Part shown: piece by piece, positions 58,940-64,000 of the stretch
Layout: each line of letters starts with the position of its first letter
Numbering within the stretch: the first letter of the stretch is position 1
Origin: Methanothrix sp.
GTDB lineage: Archaea > Halobacteriota > Methanosarcinia > Methanotrichales > Methanotrichaceae
Assembly (NCBI GenBank): GCA_963682135.1
Contig: OY821645.1
Span: forward strand, 32,001 to 96,000
Reading direction: 5' to 3'
DNA length: 64,000 nt
The notes under the pieces: generated by a model
Database searches by the model: none
Told to the model about the DNA's origin: nothing
The model's input: the letters and a program-made list of their open reading frames with translations, nothing else
Position numbers and translations under genes: made by a program

Positions 58940-59857
58940 TCAGAGCCCGGTTCCCAGAGACAGGCCGGTTCGCAGCAGCACATCGAGGATGATGGCTGCA
59001 AAGAGCACAGCGCGGTAGTTGGCCGACTGGTAGAACAGCTCTTCACCCCTCTTTGCCGTGGGATGGCGCACGAAGTCCAGGTTTTGCAGCAACAGCCAGC
59101 CGCCTGCGGCTGCGGCTGCAGCCAGGTAGAGCCATCCGAGATCAGCAGAAAGTCCCAGAGCCAGGGAGAGAATTATGCCCACGACCCAAAAGCCGGCCAC
59201 CATCTTTGCCGTGGCTGCAATGCCGTAGGTGGCAGGGGTGGTGGGAATGCCTTTCTCTTTATCGCCGGCCACATCCCGTGAGGCATCGCAGTTGGTGAAG
59301 CCCCAATCGGTAATGACGATCATGGCCGCCAGGACTAGAGCTGCCGGATGCAGGCCAGGGCCCGCTTTGAGCAGTCCGGCCGGCTCCAGTGCCAGCCAGA
59401 CGCCCAGGGGCACCAGGCCGAAGGAGAGTCCCACAAAAATCCAGGAGAAAGGCGTATTTCTCTTGGCCCAGGCTGAATAGATGGTGATGAGCAGTGTGGC
59501 GACCAGAAGGATGACGAAGCTCTCCGGATTGAGATACAGGGCTATGGCCGCAGCCACAAGAAAAAGAAATAGAGACCAGAGCTGTGCCTCACGCTTGCTC
59601 AGCATGGCAGAGGGCAGGGGCCGATCAGGCATGGCGATGCTGTCCACATCGATGTCGCAGCAGTCGTTATAGACATAGGAGCTGGTGATGGCGCAGTAAG
59701 CTCCAATGGAGGCTATGATGAATGGAAGCATTGGCGGCAGAGCCCCCTGCACGGCGTAAACGGCTAATAGGGCAGCGGCGGCGGGCATGGCCAGATCCAT
59801 TGGCGCGAGGGGAGGGCGCAAGAGCCTGATATGGGCCTTAAGTCGATTCATTGGCAA
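58940..59857 (-). CDS. UbiA family prenyltransferase
   Basis: NDCCDIDVD...PDRPLPS, D..GDKEKGIPT; multiple TM segments. Confidence 0.9.
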   Translation of the reverse strand: MPMNRLKAHIRLLRPPLAPMDLAMPAAAALLAVYAVQGALPPMLPFIIASIGAYCAITSSYVYNDCCDIDVDSIAMPDRPLPSAMLSKREAQLWSLFLFLVAAAIALYLNPESFVILLVATLLITIYSAWAKRNTPFSWIFVGLSFGLVPLGVWLALEPAGLLKAGPGLHPAALVLAAMIVITDWGFTNCDASRDVAGDKEKGIPTTPATYGIAATAKMVAGFWVVGIILSLALGLSADLGWLYLAAAAAAGGWLLLQNLDFVRHPTAKRGEELFYQSANYRAVLFAAIILDVLLRTGLSLGTGL

Positions 59858-59873
59858 AAGCTCCCGAAACCAT

Positions 59874-60593
59874 TCAGATGATTTCCGCGAAGATCTCCAG
59901 ATGCTCCTCGGGCTTTGTCAGGTAATCCAGAAGACCCGGCTCTCTGAGCAGCGGATACATCTCTCTCTTCTTGGTCAGGCCAAGTCTGCGAAGGCTACTG
60001 CTATCAGGTGCCTGCACTCGGCGCAGCTCTCCCGCTTCAGGGCATCGCTCGTTCTTAATCCAGCCGTCTTTTGTGAAGAAGTAAGCTCCGCCCTTTTTCT
60101 CTCGGTAGGGTTCATAAAGTGATGAGAAGCTCCTGGCCACATAGTTGGCCATCTTCAGCGTCTTATTGGAGCGATTTATGGTGATATGGCCGTAACCTGG
60201 CGGTACGAGGACCTTGTCTCCTGCCGTGGCAGAGATCGCCACCACATCGCTGAGGTCCTGGTTTTGCAGAAGGTAGAGGGCATCTCCCTCGATTACCTCG
60301 TATAGCTCCGGATAGGTGACAGCGCTGCCGGGCACATTGGGATGATAATGACCGGCTGTCTTGATGTATTCGCATCCGAGCATACTTGGCGGGATAATAG
60401 TGATATCATAGCGCAGGTTATTTTGCAGGAGCTTCTCATTATCTGCTCGGCTCAAGGAAAGGTCGCGATACATATAATAGAGCTCAAAATCCTCAGCTCC
60501 GGCAAGCCAGTTCTGATCCAGGATGACTTCCTTCATGTCGATTAGTCTACGAACATCTGGCGTTAGTATTTTGCCGCTAAACTCCATTTGCAT
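59874..60593 (-). CDS. Cupin-type glucose-6-phosphate isomerase
   Basis: LYYMYRD, RYDIT, KTAGHYH, YPELYEV, VPPGYGHITIN. Confidence 0.85.
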   Translation of the reverse strand: MQMEFSGKILTPDVRRLIDMKEVILDQNWLAGAEDFELYYMYRDLSLSRADNEKLLQNNLRYDITIIPPSMLGCEYIKTAGHYHPNVPGSAVTYPELYEVIEGDALYLLQNQDLSDVVAISATAGDKVLVPPGYGHITINRSNKTLKMANYVARSFSSLYEPYREKKGGAYFFTKDGWIKNERCPEAGELRRVQAPDSSSLRRLGLTKKREMYPLLREPGLLDYLTKPEEHLEIFAEII

Positions 60594-60762
60594 TTTTTGT
60601 GCCACCAATTGATATTGTGTATTTTCAGGAATAAATATGATCGCATCTTCTCCCTTTCTTTCATTCCGGCAAAAGATCACCAGCACAGCTAGGATCGACT
60701 AATCGCCAAGGCAAAATCCTTTTTATTCGGATGTACCTGGTGGCTTTTTCGCTGCAACTGCT

Positions 60763-61212
60763 TTAGCAGGCTTCTGGGCTGGTGATGGTGAAGTACTCCG
60801 TAAGCACCTTTCTGTAGTCCACGATCACGTCCACCTTCCAGGTTCCCGGCAGGCGAGCAACATCAGTCCCCTTGATCTTCAGGCAACTCCAGACCGGTGC
60901 AGCCCACATTCCCGTAAATCCATCGATGGGCGGTATGGTGCTAAAAGACCGGGCATATGTCCTGCCTTCTGGCCAGTACCATCTCCACTCCACACTGTGT
61001 ACCTTGGCATCTCGCCAGATGAGCAGCCAGGAAGCGGCCTGCTCGTCATCGGAGGTAAATGTATACGTCCGGTAAAGCGGCATGCCGTTTTGGCTGATCT
61101 CTTTGGCGATGGTATGTTCGGAAAGCGGAAAGAACATGGGATGGGATGCCTGGCCTACCCCGCCCATGATTAAAACCGCCAGAACGACGATTGCTAGAAC
61201 TCTTTCACTCAT
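60763..61212 (-). CDS. Hypothetical secreted protein
   Basis: Signal peptide; beta-rich W.W.WP...PGTWKVDV. Confidence 0.7.
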   Translation of the reverse strand: MSERVLAIVVLAVLIMGGVGQASHPMFFPLSEHTIAKEISQNGMPLYRTYTFTSDDEQAASWLLIWRDAKVHSVEWRWYWPEGRTYARSFSTIPPIDGFTGMWAAPVWSCLKIKGTDVARLPGTWKVDVIVDYRKVLTEYFTITSPEAC

Positions 61213-61341
61213 TGCTCCTCACCTATAACTTTGTAAGTTTATTGTAACCCCAATAGTATAATAATTTAATGTACCATAAAAAGATGACGATTGGATCTTT
61301 CCCGGAACAATCCTTGTGAAGGCTTTTTTTGCAGAGAACCA

Positions 61342-61974
61342 TTAAATCAATAGCGGTCGTATGCAACGTCCTCTGGCAATTTCTCCCGGAAGATCTATCA
61401 CACTCGATGCGGCATCAATCACATTTCCGTCACTGCTGGCAATTATGCTGCCGCAGACCTTGAGCTGATGGTCGACATCCCGAGCACACCTGGCCGCGCC
61501 CGAAAGAGCTCGCTTTGCCATCATGCTGCGCACTTCTCTGGCCAGTTCTCCGCTGCGGCTGATTTGCTGATCCAATAACACCTCCACGCGAGAAGTCCCG
61601 GCATAGGCCAGCAGATCTAATATCTCAGAAAACGCACAACAGGCAACAATCGATTCTTTTTCGCGTCTGAAAAATCCTCGCGTATCCCGCAAAAAGCCGT
61701 CATCGCAGAGATACACCGGATACCCGGCCAAGAGGCTGTGGGTGGTGATGGAGGTGTTGTATCCGTCCACAAACACAACCCTGTCACGCAAAGCATGCAA
61801 TCGCAGGGCTTTGGCCATTCTGGCGAGTGCCGTATCAGCAGATAGGATGGTTCTTTGCAGAACAAACCTCAGCTCATCCGGCAGGCGATGATGATCCGAA
61901 ACATAGCGAATTGCCGAGTCAGTGGGATAGCCGCGATCTATCAGGTACCTGGCCTCACTGGCGGCTGCTTTCAG
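61342..61974 (-). CDS. DUF434 family protein (probable CTG start)
   Basis: In-frame upstream extension LKAAASEARYLIDRGYPTDSAIRYVSDHHRL..RFVLQR; VDGYN, DGFLRD, SSD..VID. Confidence 0.8.
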   Translation of the reverse strand: MKAAASEARYLIDRGYPTDSAIRYVSDHHRLPDELRFVLQRTILSADTALARMAKALRLHALRDRVVFVDGYNTSITTHSLLAGYPVYLCDDGFLRDTRGFFRREKESIVACCAFSEILDLLAYAGTSRVEVLLDQQISRSGELAREVRSMMAKRALSGAARCARDVDHQLKVCGSIIASSDGNVIDAASSVIDLPGEIARGRCIRPLLI

Positions 61975-62504
61975 TCTTCCTCCTTCACCCTGGCCGACCT
62001 TCTCACCTCCTGATAAAGGTCCTTTCCGTGAGCGTCTACGGCTACAATCATGGGGCCGAACTCTTTTGCCTCAAAGACCCAGAGTGACTCAGCCATGCCC
62101 AGCTCCGGCAAGTGCACGCCCAGTATCCTCAGTTGCTGCGCAGCAGCGGCTCCGCATCCGCCAGGATAGGCCAGGTAGACAGCTCTGTCCCGGAAGGGCT
62201 CGCCAGGCAGGCCACCTTTGCCGATGATGGCCCGTACACCCAACTCCAGGATCTCGTCAGTGTAACGGGCCATGCGTCCGCTAGTGGTCGGTCCGGCGGA
62301 TAGGACCCGGTTGTCCATGATAAGCGGACCACAGTGGTAAAGGGCGGCCCCATCAAGAGATACAGGGCTTCCCGCGCGGCGTATCAGGGCATGAGCTTTA
62401 TCACGAGCGGTAAAGAGCTGACCGCTTAAATATACCACATCTCCGGCTACGAGCTTTTCCACATCAGCGCCTGAAAGGGGTGTTTGCATATGATATTTCG
62501 TCAT
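61971..62504 (-). CDS. Fumarate hydratase/tartrate dehydratase class I, beta subunit
   Basis: TARDKAH, YHCGP, GPTTSGRM, IGKGG, LGMAE. Confidence 0.9.
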   Translation of the reverse strand: MTKYHMQTPLSGADVEKLVAGDVVYLSGQLFTARDKAHALIRRAGSPVSLDGAALYHCGPLIMDNRVLSAGPTTSGRMARYTDEILELGVRAIIGKGGLPGEPFRDRAVYLAYPGGCGAAAAQQLRILGVHLPELGMAESLWVFEAKEFGPMIVAVDAHGKDLYQEVRRSARVKEED

Positions 62505-63307
62505 TGGACCGCCTCCGTTGCGCTGCGGTTGGCCCAGCACTGAAAGTTTATGGCTACCGGCAGGCTGGCAGTGTGGCAAAAGGCCTTCTCAATTTTTACG
62601 CCAAGAGCTGTGGTATCTCCGCCCAGGCCCATGGGGCCGATGCCTAGCGAATTAATTCTCTTTAGGAGCTGCAACTCCTCCTGAGTTTCGCCGGGCATGG
62701 TCAGCAGAGCCCGCTTGGCCATGCGGGCTGCCAGGTCGAAGCTGCCGCCCAGGCCAATGCCCAGGAAAAGAGGCGGGCAGGCGTTGGCAGCTCGCTTTGC
62801 CACCGTCCTCACAATGAAATCAAAGGGATCGTCCGCCGGATTGAGCATACCCACAAGGCTCATGTTCTCTGAGCCTGCCCCCTTGGGAAAGGCAGTGAGA
62901 GACAGGCCCCGGCCATCTACATAATCCAGAATAACATCGGGCATGCCTGGACCGGTGTTGTCTTTGCTGTTCTTGCGGGTTAGGGGATCCACGGCATTGG
63001 GTCGCAATGGGATCTTGTCCGTGGCGATTCTTACGCCCTCTGCTATCGCCTCGGAGAGGCTGAAGTCCAGAGACAGATCGCGACCGATCTTAACATGAAA
63101 TATGGTAAGGCCCGTGTCCTGACAGAGGGGCAGGCCTTTGGCGGTGGCAACCGCTACATTCTCCAGCATGAACTGCAGATGCTGCCTGGCGAGAGGCAGG
63201 CTCTCCCGGTCCGCTGCCTCTTGGATTCTCAGCAGGACCCAATCGGGCAGAGATGTCTCCGCTCTTTGCAAGGCACGCACTGTGGCCTGCACCACCCGAT
63301 CTCTCAT
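62501..63307 (-). CDS. Fumarate hydratase/tartrate dehydratase class I, alpha subunit
   Basis: PLCQDTG, KGAGSEN, ACPP, GPMGLGG, CHTAS, CWA. Confidence 0.9.
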   Translation of the reverse strand: MRDRVVQATVRALQRAETSLPDWVLLRIQEAADRESLPLARQHLQFMLENVAVATAKGLPLCQDTGLTIFHVKIGRDLSLDFSLSEAIAEGVRIATDKIPLRPNAVDPLTRKNSKDNTGPGMPDVILDYVDGRGLSLTAFPKGAGSENMSLVGMLNPADDPFDFIVRTVAKRAANACPPLFLGIGLGGSFDLAARMAKRALLTMPGETQEELQLLKRINSLGIGPMGLGGDTTALGVKIEKAFCHTASLPVAINFQCWANRSATEAVQ

Positions 63308-64000
63308 GCCTTTTGCCCCTTCTTGCCAGGCTGGATCTTAATGGGTTTGGACTGTTCAGGCAGCTTGAGGTTGGTAAGCTTGCCAAGAGCCCTTTCCATG
63401 GCGTCCTTGTGCAGGTCTCCTGAGGTGTGAATGCCCCCCGGAGTTCCGCGAACGGCACGACAGGGATACTGCTGGCAGAAGAGACCGGTCATGGACGCCG
63501 CTTCTTCTACAGTCTTTCCCTTTATACCTGCGGCAGCATGCCAGGTAGCTCCGCAGGGCGAGCCGCGCACGACTTTTACATCGCTGATGCGCCCGTCCTT
63601 CGTTTCTACCTCCAGCTCCGGTTTGCCCAATTTCCTGGCAAACTGGTCGATAACGGGAACGCCGCATTCCTCCAGGGTGCAACAGATCTCATCCACCTCG
63701 ATGTGGATGCCGTACTCTTCTGCAATCCTCTCTAGTTCGCCTATCGAGCCAGCCCGGCCAATGCCGCCGGGAATTATGGCCGCTTTGACTCCTCCTTTCG
63801 CCGCCAGTCGCACTATCTCCGGAGTCAGGTCGGGATGAAAAGTGTAGAGAATGAGCAAGTCCGCCTGGAAGATCCTGGGATCAAGGTTCAGCTCTTTGAC
63901 AAACTCTTCCGGATCCTCGATAAAGCCGGGCAGCACCTGGGGAACATCGACTGAGACGACCGCAAAGTCGGTTCTAGTCTTGATGGTCTCCAACAGGCGC
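63304..64000 (-). CDS. DUF166 family protein (5' end probably outside window)
   Basis: FIEDP, HPDLT, ICC.L, GKPELE, VVRGSPCGAT, YPCRA. Confidence 0.75.
   Translation of the reverse strand, partial: RLLETIKTRTDFAVVSVDVPQVLPGFIEDPEEFVKELNLDPRIFQADLLILYTFHPDLTPEIVRLAAKGGVKAAIIPGGIGRAGSIGELERIAEEYGIHIEVDEICCTLEECGVPVIDQFARKLGKPELEVETKDGRISDVKVVRGSPCGATWHAAAGIKGKTVEEAASMTGLFCQQYPCRAVRGTPGGIHTSGDLHKDAMERALGKLTNLKLPEQSKPIKIQPGKKGQKA

Noticed and set aside
1-64000. tRNA or rRNA genes
   Set aside because: None recognised by eye; tRNAscan-SE was not run.

Overview
Chromosomal window from a methanogenic archaeon, most likely Methanothrix (Methanosaeta) or a related Methanosarcinales-type organism. The inference rests on sepS, DUF2121 connectase, an NrpR-like DUF128 protein, thermosome, aRF1 and cupin PGI. 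Housekeeping genes are interleaved with accessory blocks: (i) a DUF488/OLD-nuclease block with a solo IS200 tnpA; (ii) a ~13.6 kb SNF2 helicase / DUF1156 methyltransferase / DUF499 ATPase restriction-like island carrying PIN-GNAT-EVE/ASCH and other cargo; (iii) an ArsR/ArsP redox cluster, a solo TnpB and a DUF72-PolB2 locus; (iv) an IS1634 element. The most striking block (37.4-45.6 kb) is a type I-G-like CRISPR locus with no interference genes in the window. It has two arrays (10 and 17 repeats), cas4/1, cas2 and a stand-alone Csb2 C-terminal (Cas6-like) gene. A family A DNA polymerase with intact polymerase motifs but a degenerate proofreading domain sits head-to-head with cas4/1. Spacers are biased towards the antisense of coding-like sequence. 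An exact 36 bp/35 bp/36 bp duplication upstream of the second leader looks like an off-target spacer integration. All calls come from motif recognition by eye; no database searches were run.
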